The position numbers and the translations under genes are program-made. A stretch of 64,000 nt of DNA from an uncultured Methanosarcinales archaeon (lineage in GTDB: Archaea > Nanobdellota > Nanobdellia > Woesearchaeales > CAXGTL01). The notes beneath the pieces are model-generated. The model was not told the origin of the DNA. It saw only the letters and a program-made list of their open reading frames with translations, and searched no databases. Each line of letters starts with the position of its first letter. Positions within the stretch are counted from its first letter, which is position 1. This document shows, one piece after another, positions 20,087 to 29,653 of this stretch. The stretch is taken from assembly GCA_964645705.1 (NCBI GenBank), contig CAZYAB010000007.1, positions 466 through 64,465 on the forward strand. The letters are read 5' to 3'.

Positions 20087-21928
20087 TTAAGGCGCATAAA
20101 CAGCATAAACCTTGTTTCCTGTGCTCTGTGCTGTTAAAGTTCCGTCTACTTTTGCATTACCACCAACAATAACATCACCAGGCGCATCTATTCCACCCAT
20201 GCCAGGGTCTGTTCTTATTTGACCAAAGCTTCCTCCAGATGATAATCTAATTCTTCCTGCAACTAATTCTCCTGCAGTACTACAACTTGAACTTGGTCCG
20301 CAGATTTTAAACTGGTTTGCAGTGTTTGTGTCAATAAATGCTCCTCTATACAAAACATCTCCACCAAGTTTTGATACTCCTGATACGTCTAGTTTTTGTG
20401 ATGGTGTTGATGTGCCAATGCCAACATTAACATCTGTTGTAACAATTCCTGTTCCGTCTGTCCATGAACTTGTTCCTGCTGGTCCTGCTGGCCCTGTGGC
20501 TCCTGTTTCACCTTGCGGTCCTGCTGGTCCCTCAGGTCCTACAGTACCTTCGCCACCTAAAGTCTTTACATTACCATCTGCATCTAAGATATTTCCAGTA
20601 AGTTTAAGATTACCAACAACATGTAAAGATTCCCCAGGTGTTTCAGTTCCAATACCAACATTACCATCATTATAATAAATTCCTGGTTGTTGCTCACTTT
20701 GTCCTTCGACTTCAGAAACTTCTATAGAATCAATAACAATGTCATCAACAGCCATGTCGCTTCTAAATCCATCTCCTGTAACTCCTTTAATTCTTAATTT
20801 TTTTACAGTGTGTGATGATAGGTCAATAGTTGCCTGAGTCCATGCAGCAGCATTACTGTCGTGCTTCTGTCCTTGTTTTATCCAAACCTGATTCCAACTA
20901 CTTCCATCATAATATTCAACTGATAATGTTCCCATATTAATACCAAACATGTGATACCAAAAGCTAATAGAACTAGCATCTGTTAAATCATTTGATTCAA
21001 GATAGAAAACTTTGTTTGAATAACCAACATTACTTCCAGATGCTTCTGTATAAGCATAATTAGTTCCACCGTGTGCGCCTGCTGGTCCTGTGCCGCTTGA
21101 TGTGGTTCCTCCTGAGTTTGTTTTCCAATCTTGATCATCTCCTGCAATATTTTTCCATTTTACAAAATCAGTTTCAAAGTCTTCTGATATTTGTACTGTA
21201 GAAGTTGTAGTCTGTGTTTCAGTTATTTCAATGCTTTCCCATGCACTGTCACCACCTGTTCCACCTTCACCTGCTGGACCAGGCGGTCCTTGTGGTCCTG
21301 TTGCTCCTGCTGGTCCTGTTGCACCTGGAAGTCCTTGTGGCCCTTGCGCTCCTGCTGGCCCAGTTAGTCCTTGTTCTCCTTGTAGTCCCTGAGGACCTTG
21401 TAACCCAGTAGCATCTCCGACCCATTTTCCATCACTATCAATAATCACTTGTCCATTTATAGCAACGTCTCCACCAACATCTAACTTAGCACCAGGTGCT
21501 TGTCTACCAATGCCAAGCTTACCATCTTTTGTTAGAGTCATTTTTATGTCACCTGATTGTCCACCAGTATACCAAAAATATTTATCTAATTTATCATTCC
21601 AAATAAAGAGTGCTTTAGCATCTTGATTATTCTTTTCATAAAAACCAATGCCTGTAAGTTCGATTTCACCTGTATCAGGATATTTTATAGCAATGATATT
21701 GTTTCTAGACGAGTCTATTATCAATGGAAAATCTACATAGCCGCCAGTTCCTGGTCCAATTGTAACTCTTCCGTCTCTAACTTTTAACAAGTCTGTAACA
21801 GATTTCTGCCCTCCTGTGTCTTGAGTTATCTGTTCTAATGGATGCCATGCTAAATCAGAATTATATTCTGCAATAACAAATACAGAACAGACCAATAAAA
21901 TTATACTTATTATGAGTATTCTTTTCAT
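20087..21928 (-). CDS. Secreted collagen-like fibre protein with MAM domain and NVGIGT repeats
   Basis: Signal peptide; G-X-Y runs; MAM-like TGP..HGG..YAYTEAS / [15 protein letters not shown] / DMAVDDI; KLGIG and NVGIGT..P...L.V.G repeats. Confidence 0.85.
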   Translation of the reverse strand: MKRILIISIILLVCSVFVIAEYNSDLAWHPLEQITQDTGGQKSVTDLLKVRDGRVTIGPGTGGYVDFPLIIDSSRNNIIAIKYPDTGEIELTGIGFYEKNNQDAKALFIWNDKLDKYFWYTGGQSGDIKMTLTKDGKLGIGRQAPGAKLDVGGDVAINGQVIIDSDGKWVGDATGLQGPQGLQGEQGLTGPAGAQGPQGLPGATGPAGATGPQGPPGPAGEGGTGGDSAWESIEITETQTTTSTVQISEDFETDFVKWKNIAGDDQDWKTNSGGTTSSGTGPAGAHGGTNYAYTEASGSNVGYSNKVFYLESNDLTDASSISFWYHMFGINMGTLSVEYYDGSSWNQVWIKQGQKHDSNAAAWTQATIDLSSHTVKKLRIKGVTGDGFRSDMAVDDIVIDSIEVSEVEGQSEQQPGIYYNDGNVGIGTETPGESLHVVGNLKLTGNILDADGNVKTLGGEGTVGPEGPAGPQGETGATGPAGPAGTSSWTDGTGIVTTDVNVGIGTSTPSQKLDVSGVSKLGGDVLYRGAFIDTNTANQFKICGPSSSCSTAGELVAGRIRLSSGGSFGQIRTDPGMGGIDAPGDVIVGGNAKVDGTLTAQSTGNKVYAVYAP

Positions 21929-21989
21929 TTTAAACCCCCTTTGTTTAATTATTTACTTTTATTTTTTATTTATTTTAATCAAATAATGA

Positions 21990-22391
21990 TCATGATAATT
22001 GTCCGCAGACCATGCCTTCACCTATTTCAACATTTCCGCTTCCTACTCCATAATATATTTCTCCTTCTTCATTTTGTACAGGAATTACTTTTCCATTTTC
22101 ATCTTCAATAAAAATACAAAACTCGTTTCTAATACCAAGTTCTGATTTTATTTCATCATAATCTTTTTCCATTAATTCATGAATCTTTTCTTCTTTGATT
22201 TGGTTGTCTTCAATCACAGAAACTTCAGATTCTAATGATTTTATTATGTGCATGCCTTCATTGTTTAGGTCTTTATCACTTGTTGAGTATGATCTAAACA
22301 TCATTACTCCAAAGAATAATGTCATCATGCCAACAAAGATCATGATTGCAATCATTAGGTCCATGGATAATGTCTGTGATTTTTTGTTCAT
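21990..22391 (-). CDS. Short class III signal peptide (pilin-like) protein
   Basis: MNKKS|QTLSMDLMIAIMIFVGMMTLFF; overlaps the stop of the upstream T2SS-F gene. Confidence 0.8.
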   Translation of the reverse strand: MNKKSQTLSMDLMIAIMIFVGMMTLFFGVMMFRSYSTSDKDLNNEGMHIIKSLESEVSVIEDNQIKEEKIHELMEKDYDEIKSELGIRNEFCIFIEDENGKVIPVQNEEGEIYYGVGSGNVEIGEGMVCGQLS

Positions 22392-23413
22392 CCAAATAAA
22401 CCTCCAAACATCGTTGTCAAGATCTTTACAAAGAACAAGTGTGATAAAACAGATCCAAGGATAAAGATAGGAACATATTTAACACCTGCTTTCATTTCAC
22501 CTTTGCTAATTATAGACACAATTAATGATGCAAAGAATGAAATAATTATGAGCGATGCTCTTGCAAAATTAAAAAAATCTTCAGGAGTTACAGCAATTGT
22601 ATCAAATTTTATAGGTAAACTGACAGCGGATAAGTCTGCTGCTTGAAGATTGCCTACAAATGATTCTATTACAATCAACAGGTTTTGTGATAAAGCAAAC
22701 AAACCAGGTGCAATAAAAATAACAATAATAGTTATGAACATTAAGAAAGAAAAAGCATTTGTCGCCAATCTTTTTTTAAGATCATTTGTTTTGTGTATGT
22801 CTTCAACAACTTTATCAATTATTAATGCAATCTCTGTGCCTGATTTCATTCCTTCAACAATAAGTTTTAATGATCTGTTTAATATTGAGGAATCATATTT
22901 TTTTGAAAAGTCTTCTAAAGCAATTGCTATGTCTTTTCCAGTCATTACTTGTTTTGCAGCTATTCTAATTTCGCTTGCTAAAACACCAAACTCTGGTTTA
23001 ACAGCTCTCCACAAAGATTTGTCAGTTGTCATTCCACTTCTCAGATTTTCAGAAAATACATTAAGAAAATCAGGCAATACTTCTTCAATTTTCTTTGTTC
23101 TGTTATATATTTTGTAATCAAAATAAAAATAAATTCCAGCCATTGCTAAGAATGCAATTGCAAGGTGTATGACAAACCAAGCAATAAGAACTCCAAAGAA
23201 CATGAACAATGGATTTGCAAGATATTTGCTTAATAAAGGCCATGTATAGAAAAAGATGATCAAAGTAATCAAACCAGTTATCCAAAACATAAGTCCAAAT
23301 ATTGTGTAAGGAATTTCAGTCATGCCTGTTGTCCTTATATAACTCCTTAGCTTAGGCCTTGCTTTCTCAGGCACGAATGCTTTTCCGAATTTTTCTAAAA
23401 ATTCTATTTTCAA
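22388..23413 (-). CDS. Type II secretion system F family (TadC/ArlJ-like) membrane platform protein
   Basis: IEEVLPDFL...NLRSGM...PEFGVLA.EI; several TM helices; next to the ATPase. Confidence 0.9.
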   Translation of the reverse strand: MKIEFLEKFGKAFVPEKARPKLRSYIRTTGMTEIPYTIFGLMFWITGLITLIIFFYTWPLLSKYLANPLFMFFGVLIAWFVIHLAIAFLAMAGIYFYFDYKIYNRTKKIEEVLPDFLNVFSENLRSGMTTDKSLWRAVKPEFGVLASEIRIAAKQVMTGKDIAIALEDFSKKYDSSILNRSLKLIVEGMKSGTEIALIIDKVVEDIHKTNDLKKRLATNAFSFLMFITIIVIFIAPGLFALSQNLLIVIESFVGNLQAADLSAVSLPIKFDTIAVTPEDFFNFARASLIIISFFASLIVSIISKGEMKAGVKYVPIFILGSVLSHLFFVKILTTMFGGLFG

Positions 23414-23423
23414 TTTATCACCT

Positions 23424-24233
23424 TTATAAGTTTACAGCTGGTCGAGCTCCTTTGAATAATGCGATGAAAAATATTTGTACGCCTATCAATAATGCTCCTA
23501 TGATGTAAAAAATAGATGTAGGAAGTTCCATGTTGATAAAGCTTGATAAAACAACCAACATTGTGACCCCCAGTGAAGGAAATATTACACCAGTTACAAG
23601 ATAAAACAATGTTAATGAATTTAATTTTTTACCATATTTTTCTATTTCAAGTATGTATTCTTTGCTAATCTGTTCTAAGATTGATGTCAATGTTTTGTTT
23701 ATGTCTGTTCCTGTTTTAATTGAATTAGAAAGTTCCCATAATATTCTTGTTAGATCTTTGCACGGATTGTATTTTATTGCATTATCTATTGCATTTTCCA
23801 TGCTAGTACCAAATTGTATATCTTGAACAATTTCTCTGAATGCTTTACCCGCGGCACCATATGATTTTGATACACCAATCAATGACATGAATAGTGGTTC
23901 TCCAGATTCAATTTTAATCAACAAATATCTTCCTGCAAACAAAAGATTTCTTTTGATTTCTTTTTCTCTTTTTCTAATAATATTTTTAGGATAGTTGGCA
24001 AAAAAGAATATTCCTCCAAAAAATGTTACAATAAGAACAGGGATTGTTTTTAAAAAACCTAAAATAAAGAATGCAATGAATGAAAACATTAGACTAACAA
24101 ATACTGCTTGCATAAATATTTTTTGAGCATATTTATCTACAGAGTCTGGTAATTTAGCTGATATTAAATCGTGTTCTAGCTTAGGAAATACTTTTTTAAT
24201 GTAGTATGCTATAACATTCAAGTTAATGTACAC
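23424..24233 (-). CDS. Type II secretion system F family (TadB/C-like) membrane protein
   Basis: IKIESGEPL...SYG....FREIVQDI.FG T2SS-F pattern; TM helices. Confidence 0.85.
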   Translation of the reverse strand: MYINLNVIAYYIKKVFPKLEHDLISAKLPDSVDKYAQKIFMQAVFVSLMFSFIAFFILGFLKTIPVLIVTFFGGIFFFANYPKNIIRKREKEIKRNLLFAGRYLLIKIESGEPLFMSLIGVSKSYGAAGKAFREIVQDIQFGTSMENAIDNAIKYNPCKDLTRILWELSNSIKTGTDINKTLTSILEQISKEYILEIEKYGKKLNSLTLFYLVTGVIFPSLGVTMLVVLSSFINMELPTSIFYIIGALLIGVQIFFIALFKGARPAVNL

Positions 24234-24269
24234 CCCCTTTTTAATTGTACATGTTTGTTGTTGCGTGCT

Positions 24270-25727
24270 TTATTTGTTTTTGCTGTAATACTTTGCAAAT
24301 ATTAGCCCTATTTTGTGAAGATCTGTTATGTCTTTTCTAACAAAATCTTTTAATATTGCTACTTTTTCTAATAAATCCTTTTCAATGTCTTCTTTAGTCA
24401 TTCCTGTGTAAAGATTGATTGTCTCAAGCGTGGATATTGATTCGTTTCTTCTCAAAAGTGAATCTTTTACAACATCCAGCTGCATCAGAACATTTGGATC
24501 ACCTTTTTCAGATACTTCTGAAATCTGCAATGTTCTTCTTGCACCTGTTCTTCTGTTTCTGTTTTGTACAAGTATGATGTTTAGAGCTGGAAGCATTAGT
24601 TTAGGAATTTCAATTGGCGGATTTGTTAGCCTGATTACACATTCTTTTGCATTGTTTGCGTGAATTGTTCCATAAACACTGTGACCAGTATGCATTGCTT
24701 CAAACAAAACTTCTGCTTCTTTTTGCCTTCTTATTTCTCCAACAATTATTCTGTCTGGTCTCATTCTTAATGAGTTTACAACTAAGTCAAGCATTGAAAC
24801 TTCTCCTTTACCTTCTGGATTAGGCATCCTTGTTTCCATAGGAACCCAGTGAAGTGTTTTAGGAAGCTGAAGCTCTCTTGTATCTTCGATTGAAATGACT
24901 CTTTGATTTGGTGGAAGAAAATTAGCAATAACATTAAGCATTGATGTTTTACCAGATCCTGTTCCTCCTGCTACAAGTATTGATAATTCGTGCTGCATTG
25001 CTAACCAAATTAAGGCAGCACCTTCATAATTGATTGTTTTTGCTTTTATAAAATCAGTAATTGTCCAAGGTCTTGGTGCGAATTTTCTGATTGTGATTGT
25101 GTTTCCATTTGAAGATATTGGTTTTAGAGTTGCATTTACTCTGTCTCCTGTTTTCAAATGTGCGTCCATTAGTGGTTCTAGAACTGTAATCTGTTTACCA
25201 ACATCTTTACCAATCATAGTTGAATAATGTCTTGTCTTATCCTCTGATTCAAGAAATATATTGGTTTTTAGCCAGCCATATTTTTTATGATATATCCATA
25301 TACATTCTTTTGCATTATTAATTACAAGCTCTTCTAACATGGCATCTTTTAACAAGATTTCAATATTTCCCATGCCAATGTTTTGTTGCACAACATATGC
25401 AATCAGTAGTTTCATTGTTTTTTCATCTATTGCAGGGAAGTATTTTTTTATTAGAATAGTAATTTCTTCTCTAAATCTTTTTTCAATGTCTGTTACTGCT
25501 TCTGGTGTTGATATGTCAACCTTGCCAAGATTAAGAGACGTTATGAATTCTTCTCTTATTCTTTTTAGAACAAGTTTTGTTGCAGTTGATATGTTCAAAA
25601 TAGATATAAGATATGTTGGTACAAAGTCTCCTTCATACTGAACAATCCTGATATTAACAAGAATATTGTTTACATTTATTTTATATGATTCTAAGTGTTT
25701 TGAAGGTCTTTCTGCCATTTTTATCAA
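24270..25727 (-). CDS. Type II/IV secretion ATPase (CpaF/TadA/ArlI family)
   Basis: Walker A GGTGSGKT, SIEDTREL, LRMRPDRIIVGE, TGH..YGTIHA. Confidence 0.95.
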   Translation of the reverse strand: MIKMAERPSKHLESYKINVNNILVNIRIVQYEGDFVPTYLISILNISTATKLVLKRIREEFITSLNLGKVDISTPEAVTDIEKRFREEITILIKKYFPAIDEKTMKLLIAYVVQQNIGMGNIEILLKDAMLEELVINNAKECIWIYHKKYGWLKTNIFLESEDKTRHYSTMIGKDVGKQITVLEPLMDAHLKTGDRVNATLKPISSNGNTITIRKFAPRPWTITDFIKAKTINYEGAALIWLAMQHELSILVAGGTGSGKTSMLNVIANFLPPNQRVISIEDTRELQLPKTLHWVPMETRMPNPEGKGEVSMLDLVVNSLRMRPDRIIVGEIRRQKEAEVLFEAMHTGHSVYGTIHANNAKECVIRLTNPPIEIPKLMLPALNIILVQNRNRRTGARRTLQISEVSEKGDPNVLMQLDVVKDSLLRRNESISTLETINLYTGMTKEDIEKDLLEKVAILKDFVRKDITDLHKIGLIFAKYYSKNK

Positions 25728-28096
25728 ACCCTTGCTCTATTTTTTTTGTTATTAATCTTGTCCAAAACCATTTTTGCTTGGTGATTGTCTGGGTCTAGTT
25801 CAAGTATTGTGTTGACTTCTTCTAATGCATGGTCATAGTTTTTCTCGTTCATGTATTTCTTTAATCTTTTTTGTTTTGCTGCAACCAATCTTTTTACTAA
25901 ATTTTGTTTGTATTTTATTTTTCTAACTCTTTCAAGTTCTATTATTTTTTTCGCAATTTCTTTGTTGTTAGGATCTAGTCTTTGTAATTTTTGTAGTGCT
26001 TTGAGTGCTGTTGAATAATCATTTTCTTTTAATCTGTCCTGTGCAAATCTGTAAAGTTTTTTACTTTTCTTTAATCTGTAGAAATCATTTATTTGTTTAA
26101 TTTCTTTTTCTTCCTGGAATTTTTCAAGCTCTATTTTTTCTTCTTTTTTCCTTCTTTGTTTTCTGTTTTTTAATCTTTTTTCTCTTTGTTTTTTTCTAAG
26201 TTCTTCTTTTTTCCTTTTCTTTTCTTCAATTTTCCTTTTTGTTTCTACTTTTGGTTTTAGTGTAAGCTCCTTTTCCAATCTGTCAATGGCCAGTTCTTTG
26301 TTAGCATATTTTTCATACTGTCTTTTAACATATTTCAAAAGTTTTACATAACCATAACAATTTTTCTCAGCACTTGTAAAGTTTTGATTAATATAACCTA
26401 GTGCTGATCTCATTCCTGCTTTGTCTGAAGTATAGTGGTGTTTTTGTAAACTTAGAGCTGCATGATACATCCTATATATTTCAAATATCTTTGAAATTTC
26501 TTCTTTTAATAATAGATTCTTTCTAATGATTCCAATTGGCAGTTCATTGTATATAGAATAAATGTTGTTGTATATTTGATCTATTAATGAGAAGTTGTTA
26601 CCATCTACTATCTCGTGAGCATTTACTAATAAGTCAAGTAGTTTAAGATATCTTGTTTTTACATATGGGTTTAGTTCTCCTAATTCTAGTGTGTCTTTTC
26701 CAGATACAACTTCATAATATAATTTATATATTTCTTTTCTTATTTTTAGTTTTTTAGGGTCAAAACCCAGAGGCATCTTATTATAATGTTCAACTATGTC
26801 CTTATATAGATCATATGCTACGTCATAGTCTTTGTTAAGATGAGCTTTTTTACATTTTTCAATAAGCTTGTGTATTCTTGATGATCCTGTTTTTATTGTT
26901 TGTGTTGTTACATATTTCTTTAGTTCAATCAGTTTTCTATAATAATCAAGCATCATTTTTTGAGCATGGTTGTATTCTTTTGCAAATGATCTTGGCAATT
27001 TTTCAAATATTACTTTTGCTTCATTAAATGATTTTACAGAATTTTCCATGTCATTTTTCTTCATATAGCTGTATGCATATCCTAATAATTCTCTGATTGT
27101 TGATAGTTTTTCTTTTACATCTTTTTGAACAAAAGATTTTTTATCAAACATTAGTTGTCTATATATATTGATCATCTTTTCTTGGATATCAAGTTTTTTA
27201 TCAAGAAAACCAGGAGGTAATGTTTCGTATACTGTTTTTAGCTCTGTATACACATCTATTGCTTTTTCAACATTTCTTTTTATGATCTCTGACTCTATTT
27301 TGTTAACTAATTGAATTATTTTCTTTTCTTTTTCTTCCATGTCTTTTTTATGAAGCGTGTTTGTGATGTTTGTTAATGTTTGAAAGAATGTTAGTATGTT
27401 TTCTGCAAGCTGTGTTTTTTCTCCATATAATCCTTCTGGAAGAGAATTATATTCTTCCTTTATCTTGTTATATGTTTGAACTGATTCGTCTATTTGTTTG
27501 TTCTTTATTTGTTCTGTTCCTTGTTTTAGCAGTGTATTTATCACGCCTATTCCTTGTTTTATTCTTTTTAATTCTTCTTTTTGTAATGCTATTGATAGCT
27601 CATTGTTTAGCCTTATCAGGTCTGTTTCTATCTTGCTTTTTTGTTGTAAGAATTTTATAGGCAGACTATCATATGATTTCTTTATTTGTATATATATTTG
27701 TTTTGCAGTTGGAAAGTTTCCTTGTGTAATAAGATTTCTTGTTTGTTCTATTAATCCTTTTATATCTTCTGTTGTTGTTTCTTCTGATGCATCAATAGGT
27801 TCTTCTTCTGCATCTACTGGTTTTTCATCTTTGAACTCTACTTTTTCTTCTTCTTTTACATGTTCTTGTTCATGTTTTATAACTGCTTCTGGATTAAATT
27901 CCATGAACGGAGTAGTTAGGTTGTACTTGATTGAAACTATTCCTTCTTCTTGTAAAACATTTGCCCAATTCTCAATAGTTGCTAAGTTTGAATTCAAAGC
28001 TTTAGCAGCATCTGCAAAAGAAATCTTATTTTTGCTTTCTAACAAATGGATTAATGAATCTACATCTGTTAACATCATACCTTCTTTTTTTGCCAT
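25724..28096 (-). CDS. Large helical-repeat (TPR-like) protein with N-terminal HTH-like domain, first gene of the pilus operon
   Basis: Repeated A...Y..I...Y..LP helical units; C-terminal LELDPDN TPR motifs; overlaps the ATPase start. Confidence 0.75.
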   Translation of the reverse strand: MAKKEGMMLTDVDSLIHLLESKNKISFADAAKALNSNLATIENWANVLQEEGIVSIKYNLTTPFMEFNPEAVIKHEQEHVKEEEKVEFKDEKPVDAEEEPIDASEETTTEDIKGLIEQTRNLITQGNFPTAKQIYIQIKKSYDSLPIKFLQQKSKIETDLIRLNNELSIALQKEELKRIKQGIGVINTLLKQGTEQIKNKQIDESVQTYNKIKEEYNSLPEGLYGEKTQLAENILTFFQTLTNITNTLHKKDMEEKEKKIIQLVNKIESEIIKRNVEKAIDVYTELKTVYETLPPGFLDKKLDIQEKMINIYRQLMFDKKSFVQKDVKEKLSTIRELLGYAYSYMKKNDMENSVKSFNEAKVIFEKLPRSFAKEYNHAQKMMLDYYRKLIELKKYVTTQTIKTGSSRIHKLIEKCKKAHLNKDYDVAYDLYKDIVEHYNKMPLGFDPKKLKIRKEIYKLYYEVVSGKDTLELGELNPYVKTRYLKLLDLLVNAHEIVDGNNFSLIDQIYNNIYSIYNELPIGIIRKNLLLKEEISKIFEIYRMYHAALSLQKHHYTSDKAGMRSALGYINQNFTSAEKNCYGYVKLLKYVKRQYEKYANKELAIDRLEKELTLKPKVETKRKIEEKKRKKEELRKKQREKRLKNRKQRRKKEEKIELEKFQEEKEIKQINDFYRLKKSKKLYRFAQDRLKENDYSTALKALQKLQRLDPNNKEIAKKIIELERVRKIKYKQNLVKRLVAAKQKRLKKYMNEKNYDHALEEVNTILELDPDNHQAKMVLDKINNKKNRARV

Positions 28097-28238
28097 AAAT
28101 ATAACACCCCTTTATATAATATATATATAAATTGAATTACCATTTATAAAGTTTACTCTTTTTTATATATATTATAATATATATTTGGTTAGTGTAGAAA
28201 CATTTTTATATAATATATATATGATGACTAATTATCAA

Positions 28239-28353
28239 GCCTCTGTAGCTTAGTGGCTATAGCGGCCGCCTAGTAACTTTGTTAGTAAGCGGCAGATCGA
28301 GGGTTCAACTTTTATTCTAGGAATCTAGGTGAATGAAATTCCCTCCAGAGGCT
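28239..28353 (+). tRNA. tRNA-Thr(AGT) with two BHB introns (37/38: 28276-28287; 59/60: 28310-28339)
   Basis: Acceptor GCCTCTG/CAGAGGC with U73; anticodon stem GCCGC/GCGGC; loop CT-AGT-AA after splicing; T stem GAGGG/CCCTC. BHB central helices CUAG/UUAG and UUCA/UGAA. Confidence 0.9.
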
Positions 28354-28369
28354 TATTTTATTTTTTATT

Positions 28370-29035
28370 CTAAATTCTTTCAGGATAATCAGAAATAATT
28401 CCATCAACGCCAATCTTTCTTAGACCATCTATAAACCCAAGCCAATTGATTGCCCAAACAATAACTTTAAGATCTTTTTTATGTGCTCTATCAACAAACC
28501 TTTTTGTCACTCTTGTTGAAAAATGCGGATGAACACTATAGCAACCTAATTTCTGGGCAATCTTTATTCTACCTATTCTTCTTTTAGATAATAAACCTGT
28601 CTTAATAAGAGGGTTGAGTTTTTTTATTTTTTTTAGAACTTCCCATTTAAAAGATGAAATAAGTACGTCGTGTGTAAGATCATATTTTTCAACTAAGTTA
28701 AGAATTTCTAGATAAGAATTTTTGTCTTTAATCTCAATATTTATTTTACATTTTCCTTTCATTAGTTTGAAAGCTTGTTCTAATGTTGGAATTTTGTAAC
28801 CTGATTTTGTTCTTAGTTTTTTTATGTCTTCGTATGGTATCTTTCTTACTTTGCCTCTACCATTGGTAGTTCTGTTTACTTTTTTATCATGTATTAATAT
28901 TATTTCGCCTGACTCGCATTTCCTTGCATCTATCTCTACCATGCTGCATCTTAATTCAATTGCTTTTTTTATGCTTTCTAAAGTATCTTCGTCAACATGA
29001 CCTGCAGCTCCCCTGTGTCCGATTCTCATTACCAT
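28370..29035 (-). CDS. Glycerophosphodiester phosphodiesterase family protein
   Basis: IGHRGA, VEID, IPTLEQ, NIEIK, GVDGIISDYP. Confidence 0.92.
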   Translation of the reverse strand: MVMRIGHRGAAGHVDEDTLESIKKAIELRCSMVEIDARKCESGEIILIHDKKVNRTTNGRGKVRKIPYEDIKKLRTKSGYKIPTLEQAFKLMKGKCKINIEIKDKNSYLEILNLVEKYDLTHDVLISSFKWEVLKKIKKLNPLIKTGLLSKRRIGRIKIAQKLGCYSVHPHFSTRVTKRFVDRAHKKDLKVIVWAINWLGFIDGLRKIGVDGIISDYPERI

Positions 29036-29069
29036 GGTATTAGTTTTCTAATATTAATATATAAATGTT

Positions 29070-29136
29070 GGCCTCATAAGTTACTACCGTTCATCATCAC
29101 CCGAAGGTTCAGTCGGGAATAACATAATCATAGGCC
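29070..29136 (-). ncRNA. Box C/D methylation guide sRNA (candidate 23S targets)
   Basis: Minus strand GGCCU-AUGAUUA(C)-UGUUAUUCCCGA-CUGA(D')-ACC UUCG GGU G-AUGAUGA(C')-ACGGUAGUAACUU-AUGA(D)-GGCC; terminal stem; TATA-like box ~25 nt upstream; guides complementary to 23S at 63782-63801. Confidence 0.8.
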
Positions 29137-29238
29137 GTTATATTGTAATGTGTGTGTATTTATAAGTCATTCTATTTTACAATAAGATTTATATATTAGT
29201 ATGTTAGTCTTTGTTGACATACATAGGAGGTGTTATAC

Positions 29239-29538
29239 ATGACAAATTACAAAGCAAAATCAATGTTAATATCAAGGGCAAAGAATTATAATAAAACAGA
29301 TGACTTAGATAATTACCCTTATTTTATACAGGTGAAGTTCTTTAATATAAATGATCCGCATAGGACAACAGAAACGCCGTTTCAGGTTTTAGAATTTAGA
29401 GCACTTAGTGCGTATTTTAAAAGTTTTAAAGAATCAAAATTCTTGCCTTGGGGAAATGATCTTTTGTTTAATGATATAGAAGAAGTCGAAGTAAAGCATG
29501 AGAATGATAGACTTTATATTACTAATTTATCTAAATGA
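29239..29538 (+). CDS. Hypothetical protein
   Basis: Strong GGAGGTG RBS upstream of ATG; 99 aa. Confidence 0.65.
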   Translation: MTNYKAKSMLISRAKNYNKTDDLDNYPYFIQVKFFNINDPHRTTETPFQVLEFRALSAYFKSFKESKFLPWGNDLLFNDIEEVEVKHENDRLYITNLSK

Positions 29539-29545
29539 CTTTTTA

Positions 29546-29653
29546 GGGTCTGTGGTCTAGTGGCTATGCTTGTTTGCACCACAAATGACTTCTCGTTGAC
29601 TAGCCAATATCTCAGAACCGAGACGGTCGCCGGTTCAAGTCCGGCCAGACCCA
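29546..29653 (+). tRNA. tRNA-Val(GAC) with two BHB introns (D-loop: 29566-29584; 37/38: 29602-29617)
   Basis: Acceptor GGGTCTG/CAGACCC with A73; anticodon stem TCTCG/CGAGA; T arm GCCGG-TTCAAGT-CCGGC. BHB helices GUGG/CCAC and UUGA/UCAG. Confidence 0.88.
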
